64,000 bases of DNA from the NCBI GenBank assembly GCA_000146465.1, contig CP001947.1; one strand, written 5' to 3'. The first letter of the stretch is position 1, and each line of letters starts with the position of its first letter. A program made the translations under genes and the position numbers. Positions 10,359 to 20,183 of this stretch are shown here, piece by piece. The notes under the pieces are model-generated. The model searched no databases, was not told the origin of the DNA, and saw nothing but the letters and a program-made list of their open reading frames with translations.

Positions 10359-10669
10359 CCCCTGGAGATGTCGGCACTCTTTAGCATAGATTCTTTGTTT
10401 AGATCACTTGTCCTTGCAGTATGCACGGCAACATATCTGAAACAACATTTTCCGTCGCTTGTCTCAAAAAACAAAAAGGGCTTTTACTCCGTATTTCACA
10501 AGCTTTCTGTTGTTGGAGAAAGGCTTTCTCCCTTTGTAGCATTGTCTTGTGCATTCCTAGGATTTGGAAGGATGATTTCCATATTTCTTTAAAGACTCAA
10601 AAGGCATTAAATAAATTTAATGAAACAAACTATAACTCTTTTATGTACACACTATTATTCAGAACTCCT

Positions 10670-13009
10670 TTAATTCCTTCTGTCCTTGCTTCTTTTCGAT
10701 TCGTATGGTAGCCAACTTCTCTTTCTATCACTGTACGCTCTCTTTTGTTGATATCCCTGCCGAGGCTCTTCTCCAGACCTTCCTGTTCTTTTGTTTCTTC
10801 CCTGTTGGCTCCTGTTTCCATCTACTTCGTTTGAAGCGAGATTCTGTGGAGACTTGTTCTCCAATCTAATTTCCGAATCTTCTTTTGCCGCCAAGGCTTT
10901 TGTATTTTCATCTTCTTTTTTTTCTACCATTGTATCTGCTACTGTTTGGCTGGCCTCCAAGCCGCCGGGAACCTTAGGGGACTCGTCAAAAGACTGCTCT
11001 TGTCTTTTTGTTCCATCGTCTTCTTCCTTTATATTTTTCTGCTGGGATTCTTTTGCTAGACACTCATTTCGGAGCTTTAAATATGCATCCTTAATCTTCT
11101 TGAGCTTTTCAATAACAACTCTGTATTTATCGATTGCTGCATAGTTATTGGCTATTTCCTTTTCTGCTTTCTGTAACTCTTCCTTTAGTAAAAGATTTTC
11201 TTGAAGCGCCTTATCTATATCCAACTGAAGTAGATGGCATCTATAATCTGTCTCGCCTAATGCTGTGGACTGCCTAGACATAATCTCCTTTTCAGATGCA
11301 TAGGTCTTCTCCAGCAAGCCAAGCTGTCCTTTAATGGATTTGTTTTCTTCCTCTAGACTGCTTATCTTCTCCAAAAGATCTGAGGAGTCTCCAAGGTTCT
11401 CCATTTTGTTTCGAAGAAATATGTTTTCTTGCTTTAGGATATTTCGCTCCTTCTCCAAGAAGACAATAGTTTCCTCATTGTGGTTTTCCATCAATGATCT
11501 TAGAACCCCGTTTCTTTCTTCCAAAGCCCTTTCTACTTGTTCTAGCTCTCCGTATATCTTTTCTACAAGCATCCTTCCCTCCTTCTCGGACTTCTCTATT
11601 TTCTCAGCCGTGTCCATTAATCCTCCAAGTTCTCTTCCAATCTCTCCCATAAATTCATAAACACACCTCACATCTCTCCCGAGCAAGAATAGAGCATTCC
11701 TGTACATCCCCTCCCTTTCCTCGTGGTGTCTTATCCTTTGAACCATACTATTTTCATTGTTGATGAGAATTTCGTTCTTTCTTGCAAGGCCCGAAACTTC
11801 CTCTTCATACCTAAAAAACAGATCCTTAAGTCTTTTCTGTTCCTCTACTGCTCTCTTCCAATCCTCTTCAATATCATAAATATGCTTAAAGTCTGTCTCC
11901 AGCTTCTTCTTGATCCCCTCAATCTCTCGCCCAATAATAGCTACAATGTTGGTTCTATCTTCCAGTATGTATCTATTGTATCTTTCCTCGCTCTCTGCTA
12001 GCTGTGTTTTCAACTCTCTTATTTTATTTCTGCTATCCTTTATTATAAAGTTATTTTGGACTATTTCATTGTTCATCTCGTTAAGCTTTTGAGAGGCATC
12101 TCCTAGTATTGTATTCTTCATCTTTGTATTCTTTAAGTCTATCTTCAAGCACACAATCTCTTCCTTCATCTCATCGATACGCTTTTGCATTGCTTTTTTC
12201 TCCTCATTCATCCCAACCATCTGGTTGTATAACTCGTTCTTCTCTCTAAATACCTTATTGTATTCCAGCTCTAATATACACCCGTTTTTCTTTACTTCGT
12301 ATAGCTCTTCCCGTATTTTTCTGTACTCTTCTCTTTCTGCTTCAACGCTCTCCCCACCCGAAGACTGCAATAAAGAAGTCGAATTTCCTCCCGATCCTAA
12401 TGTCCTCTCCAATTCTTCGTTTTTTTTCGAGAGTTTTTGCACTAGCCTAACAAGCTCGAGGCTGTCTCTTCCATTATCTGATCCAGAGACTTTCTTTAAC
12501 AAATATGATGTTTGGTTTTTCTGTTCCAAGACTTTTTCTGTGAGCCTTCTGTTGCTATTCTCTAGTTCCATGCACTTCTTTTTTAATATCTCTTCCCTAT
12601 TCTCAAGATCCTTCTTTTCCTTGGCAAGCAAATCCATCTCCCGAAGTCTAGTCCTAGCCTCTTCAAAAGATTTGGCCCTTCCTCCGTCTAAAAACGCCTT
12701 TTCCTTATAATAGGCAACTTCCCCCCTCAGAGATCGGATTTCTTGTAAATACATTTCATTGCTCCGCTCCATAACTAAGCACGAATTTTTCATCTCCTTC
12801 GTCTCCACTTCTTGTTTAACCATCTTTTTGTTCAAATCGCTTATAATCTCCTCGCAGAGCTCAGCCTTTTTCTCTAATTCCCTGACCTTGCCCTTTGCCA
12901 TCTCTTCATACAAAGCCATTTCTTCTCCAAGCTTCTTAAGCAGCGATTCAGGCATTAACTGCTGCTCGTCAGCCGTAAGGACATTCCTGAGCAGTGACGA
13001 GGCAAGCAT
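10670..13009 (-). CDS. large coiled-coil protein with basic R/S/K-rich C-terminal tail
   Basis: 779 aa, almost entirely heptad-like K/E/L-rich sequence. ATG verified at 13009. No motor or ATPase motifs. Confidence 0.5.
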   Translation of the reverse strand: MLASSLLRNVLTADEQQLMPESLLKKLGEEMALYEEMAKGKVRELEKKAELCEEIISDLNKKMVKQEVETKEMKNSCLVMERSNEMYLQEIRSLRGEVAYYKEKAFLDGGRAKSFEEARTRLREMDLLAKEKKDLENREEILKKKCMELENSNRRLTEKVLEQKNQTSYLLKKVSGSDNGRDSLELVRLVQKLSKKNEELERTLGSGGNSTSLLQSSGGESVEAEREEYRKIREELYEVKKNGCILELEYNKVFREKNELYNQMVGMNEEKKAMQKRIDEMKEEIVCLKIDLKNTKMKNTILGDASQKLNEMNNEIVQNNFIIKDSRNKIRELKTQLAESEERYNRYILEDRTNIVAIIGREIEGIKKKLETDFKHIYDIEEDWKRAVEEQKRLKDLFFRYEEEVSGLARKNEILINNENSMVQRIRHHEEREGMYRNALFLLGRDVRCVYEFMGEIGRELGGLMDTAEKIEKSEKEGRMLVEKIYGELEQVERALEERNGVLRSLMENHNEETIVFLEKERNILKQENIFLRNKMENLGDSSDLLEKISSLEEENKSIKGQLGLLEKTYASEKEIMSRQSTALGETDYRCHLLQLDIDKALQENLLLKEELQKAEKEIANNYAAIDKYRVVIEKLKKIKDAYLKLRNECLAKESQQKNIKEEDDGTKRQEQSFDESPKVPGGLEASQTVADTMVEKKEDENTKALAAKEDSEIRLENKSPQNLASNEVDGNRSQQGRNKRTGRSGEEPRQGYQQKRAYSDRKRSWLPYESKRSKDRRN

Positions 13010-13109
13010 TTCTCAGGGCTATTTTTTCCTTCAAATATAACCGGGATCCTCTGCACAATCATTTATTCATAAGAGATCCTCTAGTCACAAAGACAAAGCA
13101 GTCATCATC

Positions 13110-13373
13110 CTATCCCTCCTTAAAAACCTCTTTTAGCCTTTTAACTTCTTCCACAACAGAGACTACTCTGGAAAATGTTCTTTTCGCCTCGTCATACCCC
13201 ATAGAACGGTTGTCAAATCCAAGTCTCCTTTTGTTTATCTCGTTAGAAACCGCCCCATAAGCCTTTTCGCTACTCCCTGTCTGAACCAACACTTTGAAAA
13301 ACAAATCAATCATGAAAGCCCCAGGATGTGGAAGATAATATTTTTTCTGGTCTTGGGTTACATCCCCCTCCAT
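13110..13373 (-). CDS. small hypothetical protein
   Basis: 87 aa (67 aa from the second ATG at 13313). The annotated ATG at 13373 overlaps the 5' end of the divergent V-ATPase gene by 48 nt. Confidence 0.25.
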   Translation of the reverse strand: MEGDVTQDQKKYYLPHPGAFMIDLFFKVLVQTGSSEKAYGAVSNEINKRRLGFDNRSMGYDEAKRTFSRVVSVVEEVKRLKEVFKEG

Positions 13374-13847
13374 TACTTGAACTATGTTGTCTTGAAAGGA
13401 AACGCTCCCTTTCTAGCATCTTTTGGGATTGTGATGTGCATAGCTCTCTCTTCCTTCGGTACCTCGAAGGGATACCAAGCCATAGGAAGATACATGATAG
13501 GAACTTCCATAAAGACCCCGCGTGTGGGTACAAGAGCCCTCCTGGGAATCGTCATCTGCGAAGCAAATTTCTTCTTTTGCTTAGTCATGTCCAATTTGCT
13601 CCTGGGAAAGATAGAGAATGTCAAATCTTACGGGGGCCAGTTTATATTATTTTCTGCTGGATTTGTGGCTGGCGCTTGCTCCTATTGCTCATCGCTTGCA
13701 AGTGGGATTATCTGTGCAGCTATTACAATGATGGATGCAAAAGACCCTACACTTTTCTACAAGCTGGTTTTTCTAGAGGTGATTCCGGCAGGAATAGGCA
13801 TTCTCGGATTGGTTCTTGGGCTTGTTTTGTCTGACAAGGCAGTATAA
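13326..13847 (+). CDS. VMA3: V-type H+-ATPase 16 kDa proteolipid subunit c
   Basis: Four hydrophobic helices with Gly/Ala-rich proteolipid motifs ('SSFGTSKGYQAIGRY', 'IPAGIGILGLVLGLVL') and a conserved Glu in the last helix region. Confidence 0.8.
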   Translation: MWKIIFFLVLGYIPLHYLNYVVLKGNAPFLASFGIVMCIALSSFGTSKGYQAIGRYMIGTSIKTPRVGTRALLGIVICEANFFFCLVMSNLLLGKIENVKSYGGQFILFSAGFVAGACSYCSSLASGIICAAITMMDAKDPTLFYKLVFLEVIPAGIGILGLVLGLVLSDKAV

Positions 13848-13946
13848 GCTATCTATTTCCTTTCTACCGAATAAAGTGTATAAATAAAATATTTGTGCAG
13901 TCTAACCTTAGTTTTTTGACAAGTAGCTGTCTTTTCCGTCAACCCC

Positions 13947-16178
13947 ATGAAGATTCAGATAGATGAGGTCTTGGTATACTTTCCTTATGATTCGGTGTAT
14001 CCAGAACAGCTAAAGTACATGAGAGAAGTTAAGCGAAGCCTGGACAACAATGGACATTGCTTAATAGAAATGCCCTCTGGAACGGGCAAGACAGTTGCCC
14101 TTCTTAGCATGACAATAAGCTATCAATTGTATATGAAGTCAAAGAATACCAACTTCAAAATAATCTACTGCTCCCGTACTGTTTCCGAGGTTGAGAAGGC
14201 ATTGAAAGAGCTAGATGGAGTGGTGGGGTACATAAAAAAACATCGCCCTTTCGAGTTTCTTGGGCTAGGACTTACAAGTAGGAAGAATCTATGTCTGAAC
14301 AAAGCTGCACTTAAAAGCTTCAATGTGGATGTTTCGTGCAGAAGGCTTGTCAATAGATTGTCTGAGTCTAGATGCGACTTCTTCGAGAACCTTAATAGTT
14401 TTCATGAGGTACCTGTTGCTGTGTACGACTTTTCACAGCTCAAAGAGATCGGAGAAAAGAAGGGAATCTGTCCGTATTACCTCGTGCGAAGATCTATCCC
14501 TGTATGTGACTGCATAATATATCCGTACAACTACTTGATAGACCCGAGGATTTATACAATAGTCTCTAAGGAACTTGGGCCTAATAGTGTCGTGATATTT
14601 GATGAGGCTCACAACATAGATAGTCATTGTATCGAAGTAATGTCGATAGAGATTAAGCGGAACATTCTTGAAGGAGCTTCCAGGGCAATTAGGAACCTAG
14701 AGAATCTTCTTAAAGAGAAAGGATCTGCTGCTGGGAAAGAAAGTGCACAATATGAGCAGATGAAAGAAAAACTTGTTGAGCCTGTAATCGACTCAATCCC
14801 CTATTTCTATGCGACTGGAGAAGGAAACTATGAATTTATCCCTGGAAACCTCAGGAATTCTTTTCACTTTGTGTCTGCATTGAAGAGAATAGCCGAGTTC
14901 TTCAAAACAAAGCTAAAAACCACACACTTAACCACTGAATCCACCGAATCCTTCTGTAAAAGCATCAAGGAATTGTCGTTCGTAGAGAAAAAGGCCTTAA
15001 GATTCTGTTCGCAAAGATTAGGGATGTTGTCCCAATCCCTGGGGATCGACGATGAGGACATGGGACACTTGAAGACTGTAGCAGACTTCTCTACAATGGT
15101 TTCCATGTATTCAAAAGGATTTGTGGTGATATTTGAGCCTTTTGACTCTCAAGCCCCCACTGTCTTTAATCCAACTCTTCGCCTAGCATGTTTAGACTCC
15201 TCAATAGCAATGTCTTCAGTCTTTAGAAGGTTTAGGAATGTAATAATAACAAGCGGAACGATGAGTCCCATTGACATGTATCCAAAGATTCTCAACTTTG
15301 TTCCTTCGAGAATAGCAGAGATCGGGGCAACTCTCGATCGAAACTCCATTTCTCCCCTAATAATAACAAAAGGTAACGACCAAATGACGCTCAGGGCTCT
15401 GTCCGAGGATGTGGAGGCTGTGGATACACACAAAAATGATTCTCTTACCACATCCTTTTCTCTTAGGTCCGACCCTTCTGTGGTCCGAAATTATGGCCAT
15501 CTAATGGTGGAGCTTTCTAAGGTTGTTCCTGATGGAATTGTATGTTTCTTTCCCTCGTATATGTATATGGAGGAAATAGTGAGCCTTTGGGCAGAAACTA
15601 ATATAATCAGCGAGATAAGCAAGAATAAGCTTGTGTTCGTCGAGACGCCCGATGGCAGGGAGACCGAGATGGCCTTGGCGAACTATAAGAGGGCATGCAA
15701 TAATGGAAGAGGAGGAATGCTTTTCAGTGTTGCTCGGGGAAAGGTTTCCGAGGGAGTTGATTTTGAAGATGGGTATGGGAGATGTGTTGTGATGCTTGGT
15801 GTGCCTTTTCAGTATACAGAAAGTGTTCGTCTAAAGAAAAGACTGGACTTTCTTAGAGAGGAATACGGAATAAAGGAATATGACTTCCTGACGTTCGATG
15901 CAATGAGACATGCAGCCCAGTGCTTAGGACGTGTTCTGAGAAACAAAAGCGACTACGGTCTCATGATACTTGCAGATGAAAGATTTGAGAGAAACGACAA
16001 GAAAAGTAAGCTTCCCAAGTGGATACAAAGCTGCATAGATGGAGGGAATTGCAATCTGAGTGTTGATATGGCTCTTTCAATTGCAAGGAGATTCTTTAGA
16101 GAAATGGCACAGGAATGTATAGGAACTGGGAATAGTCTTCTAGGTGAAAAGGACATAGAGACCTTTGTGTTTGAGTAA
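13947..16178 (+). CDS. RAD3: TFIIH / nucleotide-excision-repair DNA helicase XPD (Rad3/ERCC2)
   Basis: 743 aa with Walker A 'MPSGTGKT', DEAH box 'VIFDEAHNID', the FeS-cluster Cys region and a C-terminal helicase domain. Collinear with Rad3/XPD. Confidence 0.9.
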   Translation: MKIQIDEVLVYFPYDSVYPEQLKYMREVKRSLDNNGHCLIEMPSGTGKTVALLSMTISYQLYMKSKNTNFKIIYCSRTVSEVEKALKELDGVVGYIKKHRPFEFLGLGLTSRKNLCLNKAALKSFNVDVSCRRLVNRLSESRCDFFENLNSFHEVPVAVYDFSQLKEIGEKKGICPYYLVRRSIPVCDCIIYPYNYLIDPRIYTIVSKELGPNSVVIFDEAHNIDSHCIEVMSIEIKRNILEGASRAIRNLENLLKEKGSAAGKESAQYEQMKEKLVEPVIDSIPYFYATGEGNYEFIPGNLRNSFHFVSALKRIAEFFKTKLKTTHLTTESTESFCKSIKELSFVEKKALRFCSQRLGMLSQSLGIDDEDMGHLKTVADFSTMVSMYSKGFVVIFEPFDSQAPTVFNPTLRLACLDSSIAMSSVFRRFRNVIITSGTMSPIDMYPKILNFVPSRIAEIGATLDRNSISPLIITKGNDQMTLRALSEDVEAVDTHKNDSLTTSFSLRSDPSVVRNYGHLMVELSKVVPDGIVCFFPSYMYMEEIVSLWAETNIISEISKNKLVFVETPDGRETEMALANYKRACNNGRGGMLFSVARGKVSEGVDFEDGYGRCVVMLGVPFQYTESVRLKKRLDFLREEYGIKEYDFLTFDAMRHAAQCLGRVLRNKSDYGLMILADERFERNDKKSKLPKWIQSCIDGGNCNLSVDMALSIARRFFREMAQECIGTGNSLLGEKDIETFVFE

Positions 16179-16222
16179 AGCCTCAAAGAAAATATTTTAC
16201 TCAATTTTGAATAGTCAGGGGC

Positions 16223-16834
16223 ATGTCGTCTGAATCAAGTAGTGAGCTTGAAGAACTTGGAGTCAATCTAAAGGAATTTGCCAGAAAAAGGCAATCTAGG
16301 TTGGGAATTGTGCGAACTGGACAACAGAAGTCTGGGCCAACGTCTCTTGTAAGCAACATCCCAAGCGAGCTTGAATACGACACTTTGCTCCGTTGTGCGA
16401 TGATGGTTCTGAAAAAGGGGAAGGACTTGGGGGAATCCACGAGGATCAAGCTTCCTCTGGATGTAAAGAGAGAGGCGCGAAAGACATCTGTCAACATTGC
16501 AGAAGTGGCTGGAGTCCTGAACAGATCTGTCGAGCATCTTGTGAGTTTCCTCTGCAATGAGCTAATGACAACAGGGTCTGTAAACAAAGATGGAAAGCTC
16601 CTCCTCAAGGGGATGTTTATAAGATCAGAGATCCAAGAAGTCCTTAGGAGATATATAGAACATTTTGTTGTGTGTAAGATATGTGAAAGTGTCGAGGACA
16701 CTGACATTGTAAGAGACAAAAGACTCTACTTTTTGAAGTGCTCTAAGTGTGGAGGTGCGAGATGTGTAGGGAATGCTGTGGAAGGAATAACAACCAAGGG
16801 AAAGGCAAAGCCACAACTTAGAGGAATGCTATGA
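16223..16834 (+). CDS. SUI3: translation initiation factor eIF2 beta subunit
   Basis: The core aligns with eIF2-beta ('VNIAEVAGVLNRSVEHLVSFLCNELMTTGSVNKDGKLLLKGMF…LRRYIEHFVVCKIC…LYFLKCSKCGGARCV') and carries a C4 zinc ribbon. Confidence 0.85.
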   Translation: MSSESSSELEELGVNLKEFARKRQSRLGIVRTGQQKSGPTSLVSNIPSELEYDTLLRCAMMVLKKGKDLGESTRIKLPLDVKREARKTSVNIAEVAGVLNRSVEHLVSFLCNELMTTGSVNKDGKLLLKGMFIRSEIQEVLRRYIEHFVVCKICESVEDTDIVRDKRLYFLKCSKCGGARCVGNAVEGITTKGKAKPQLRGML

Positions 16835-16875
16835 GTCTTTGGAATTAAAGAATTTATTTAAGCTCTTATCTGTGT

Positions 16876-19335
16876 CTATCCATCTTTTTCATTTGATTTG
16901 TTCCTTGATCTAAAACTGGGAAGTTTCTCCAAGACATGTTTTATGGATAAGCTTGTGTTACTTGGGACAGATCCTTCTTGAAGTACAAGGGATAACCTCC
17001 CCAGAATCTCGCTGTTACTTCCGAAAATAAACAGGTTTCCTTCTTCAATTTCTAACCTAATTATCTCGCATACTAGCTCAATAGCAGGAAGCATCACTCT
17101 CTCATAGCTCCGGAAGTTTTGGCTGAAAATCGTTTTCATAATCTTTATAAATCTTTCTCTGGTCTTAAATACCATTTCCGTAATGAAGATGCATAAAGAT
17201 GTGTCGGATGATCCAATTGTCCCAAGTACTCCACAAAGGAATTCTTTCAGATGCTCCTCCTCAAGGTGTTTGGATGCAGCTATAGATGCTGCAAATAACA
17301 TCCTATCGTTTCCCAATTTAGACTCGGATTCCAGCCTTTTAAATTCATTGTAGAAAGCATTAAGAAACCCAGACACCAGCCGAAGTTTGGAGGAATCTAC
17401 AGAATATCCTTCTCTGTGGATATACTCAAAGCCTTCAGGGAAAATTCCACTATTCCTGCATAGAAGAATACATTCATCCCTTAGTGTCTTCGACTTATCA
17501 ACAAAGTATCTTACAAAATATCTTGACGAAACTAAATTGTCGTCCATTAGGAAGGAAGCCATCAAACTTTCTCTTCTTAACCTGAAGCTTACATCTCCTC
17601 TGCTATCAACATAATAGTTTTCCAGTCCGCTAATAATGTGTTCTTCGTATTCCTTTACTCTTCCAGAGAGCCAAATTGCCTTCATCACATATGTTTTTGT
17701 ATCAATATTTCCGTTCCGAAGAAATTCCAGATATTTTTTTCTTACTTGGTCTTTATATCTTTCATTCCTTGAGTTAGAAAGGATAAACCCTTCAGTTCCT
17801 CTACCAATCGACCTGGCTAACTGTGCTGCAAAGCCCTCATTCTTGTTAATAAAAATCCAGGATACTTTGGATACCTCTTCAGGAAGAGAATTCTTTGTAA
17901 GAAACATATACAAGTTTTCGCAAACAACGCTTTTGTTTTCTGTATTTTCTAGGCCTTTCACCGCCTTCAGATAGTTTTCCACAAAGACATGAAAGTCCTT
18001 GTATCTACAAAAGGAAGAATCAACCTTTAGCTTTGCAACTATTTCCACAGCCTTGGCTATTTCATCCTTCCGATTCTGTTCGGTGAATTCCTTGACGAGA
18101 ACAAAAAGACTTGTAAAGTCTGATGATGTCTTAAAACTGGTTGAGCTAATGCATTCCATAACTCTATTTCCTCCAAAGTGCTTTGAAATACAATGTCCGC
18201 TTTGGTATTTAGTTTCCAGATTACGATGGAAAAGGTTTTTCAAGAGAATGTCTTCAAATATTTCTTCACATCCTAACATTTCCAAAACTCTTCCTACGAC
18301 TGCAGAGCAGTTTCTTAGCCTTTTGACTGAATGGAAGTTTATCAGAGATATCAATTCTTCTCTTCCCTCTTCTGGAAATCTTCCAACATGTTCTAAAACA
18401 ACGGCTGCAGCACCCCTTCTGCAAGAAAGGGAGGGATCAAATAAGGCTCTTCCAACTGCCAAGCACAAGAGATCCTTGCTCATTGCACTGTTTCTTCTGG
18501 TTAATGCCCATAAGAGAAACAGGGCAGACTCACGGACCATCTCGGAATTACTAACAAATTCGTTCGTGTAGCTCACTCCTTTCCGAATAATTTCTGTTAC
18601 ATCTCCAACATCCAATTCTCGAAGAGACATCATCCCAAGGATTGTCATGGCATTTATCCAAGTACTCTCGTTGGCAAATATCATATTACATCTCTCCTTA
18701 AGAGCCGAAACAACGGAATCCGTCTCTGTATATTTAGTAACCTTGAGGAAGGATTTGCATAGCGTCCAGCCTAGCCTGGAATCCCTTTCATTTAACATCT
18801 CAAAGAAGATCTTCAGAGTATTGCATCCTGGGTTATTCGACATGATTTCTATCTTCATTTTCTTAACAACTATGGAGTCATTACTTTTGATGGGTATCAC
18901 TCCTACTTTTCCTCCGAGGGCAGACAACTGGCTAAGAAATCCATAGTATATGATCTCCGAAACCTCAATTCCATGTATATAGAAGCGGGGCTCTTCTGTG
19001 TAGTGGTATTTGACGTTTGCTTTCTGTCCAAGCATCCCTAGGGACCTTAATGCTGATTTTCGAATTGATTCTGTCTTGGTAGCCTCCAAAAAAAAGTTAA
19101 TCACCTTTCCTAGTCTTTCCTCGGAGATTTTTAACGGAAACGGATTTTGGAGTAATATCTCCAGCCATTGCGTGGTTCCATGTCTATTCTTCGATCCTAG
19201 GAAATCGATATGGTCCATTATCTCCTTCAGATACCTTATGTCAGTAGGAAACACAGAGACCGGGCCCTTGGAATGATCCTTGGCCTGCTCATAGGCTTTT
19301 TCCATCAACAGAATTAGCTCGTCCAAGTCTCTCAT
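16876..19335 (-). CDS. large alpha-helical (HEAT/ARM-like) repeat protein, unassigned (possibly tubulin-folding cofactor D-like)
   Basis: 819 aa, all-helical with a repetitive Leu-rich pattern. No catalytic motifs. ATG verified at 19335. Confidence 0.35.
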   Translation of the reverse strand: MRDLDELILLMEKAYEQAKDHSKGPVSVFPTDIRYLKEIMDHIDFLGSKNRHGTTQWLEILLQNPFPLKISEERLGKVINFFLEATKTESIRKSALRSLGMLGQKANVKYHYTEEPRFYIHGIEVSEIIYYGFLSQLSALGGKVGVIPIKSNDSIVVKKMKIEIMSNNPGCNTLKIFFEMLNERDSRLGWTLCKSFLKVTKYTETDSVVSALKERCNMIFANESTWINAMTILGMMSLRELDVGDVTEIIRKGVSYTNEFVSNSEMVRESALFLLWALTRRNSAMSKDLLCLAVGRALFDPSLSCRRGAAAVVLEHVGRFPEEGREELISLINFHSVKRLRNCSAVVGRVLEMLGCEEIFEDILLKNLFHRNLETKYQSGHCISKHFGGNRVMECISSTSFKTSSDFTSLFVLVKEFTEQNRKDEIAKAVEIVAKLKVDSSFCRYKDFHVFVENYLKAVKGLENTENKSVVCENLYMFLTKNSLPEEVSKVSWIFINKNEGFAAQLARSIGRGTEGFILSNSRNERYKDQVRKKYLEFLRNGNIDTKTYVMKAIWLSGRVKEYEEHIISGLENYYVDSRGDVSFRLRRESLMASFLMDDNLVSSRYFVRYFVDKSKTLRDECILLCRNSGIFPEGFEYIHREGYSVDSSKLRLVSGFLNAFYNEFKRLESESKLGNDRMLFAASIAASKHLEEEHLKEFLCGVLGTIGSSDTSLCIFITEMVFKTRERFIKIMKTIFSQNFRSYERVMLPAIELVCEIIRLEIEEGNLFIFGSNSEILGRLSLVLQEGSVPSNTSLSIKHVLEKLPSFRSRNKSNEKDG

Positions 19336-19378
19336 GAAACACTATGATGGGTAAGATGCTGGTGATATTTGCGAAGGT

Positions 19379-20083
19379 ATGAAGATTGTGTTGAGGGAAA
19401 ATAAATTCCGAGGAAATAAGCCCTATAACATGGAAAAGGAGGAGAAGGAAGGGAAGCAGGATGGTCGGCCTAAGATGAAGGAGAGTAGTTCAGGTGGAAA
19501 CCGAGCCCAAGGAGACAGGCCATATCCCCCGGACTGGCATAACCATTACGATGAGTTGAACAGGCCAAGAAGAAGAAAAATATGCTATCAGCAGGGGAGC
19601 AGTGTTCAATATAGAGACAGAGGAAACCATTTGGTACGTCCATCCTATACTCCGTACCAGAGAGCTTGGAACACACATGGGGCACATCCTAGTAACAGAT
19701 ATGAAACAAAGGAAGGAAGATGGAATGGGCCCGAGATGTATCCAAGAAGCAATGAAGAATACGAGAGACAGGAGCCCCATTTCTACAAAAGTGAGAAGTA
19801 TGGGGTTAAGGCAAAGAGAAATGGATCTCCTTCAAAGGCAATTGGAGTGTTCGGGTTGGGAGCATATATAACCGAGGATGATGTCAAGGGTTTTCTTCGA
19901 GAAAAAATCAGTGAAATAACAAACTATAGAGTTGTAATAGTTTATGACAAGTATAATGGAATGTCTAAGGGATATGGATTCATCCAGTTTGATACAGTTG
20001 ATGATGCAATAACAGCTAAAAACAGATTGGTAGGCCAAACTATCAAAGGAAAAGAAATTAGAGTTGACTATTCCATTGAGTAA
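19379..20083 (+). CDS. RRM-domain RNA-binding protein with R/Y/G-rich low-complexity N-terminus
   Basis: C-terminal RRM with RNP2-like 'IGVFGL' and RNP1-like 'KGYGFIQF'. Confidence 0.6.
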   Translation: MKIVLRENKFRGNKPYNMEKEEKEGKQDGRPKMKESSSGGNRAQGDRPYPPDWHNHYDELNRPRRRKICYQQGSSVQYRDRGNHLVRPSYTPYQRAWNTHGAHPSNRYETKEGRWNGPEMYPRSNEEYERQEPHFYKSEKYGVKAKRNGSPSKAIGVFGLGAYITEDDVKGFLREKISEITNYRVVIVYDKYNGMSKGYGFIQFDTVDDAITAKNRLVGQTIKGKEIRVDYSIE

Positions 20084-20183
20084 TCCAACTATAAATGATT
20101 TGTGTAAGTTTTCAAGGAAATCTTGTTTCAAAGTTTTGTAAAAGTGGTTTGAAGATTCATCCAGGGAGATTTTAATTTAAAAA

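Noticed and set aside
10791-13040. Series of S/F/L-rich plus-strand ORFs (117, 108, 92, 60, 161, 93 aa)
   Set aside because: All lie antisense to the 779-aa coiled-coil gene. Typical complementary-strand ORFs of GAA/AAG-rich coding sequence.
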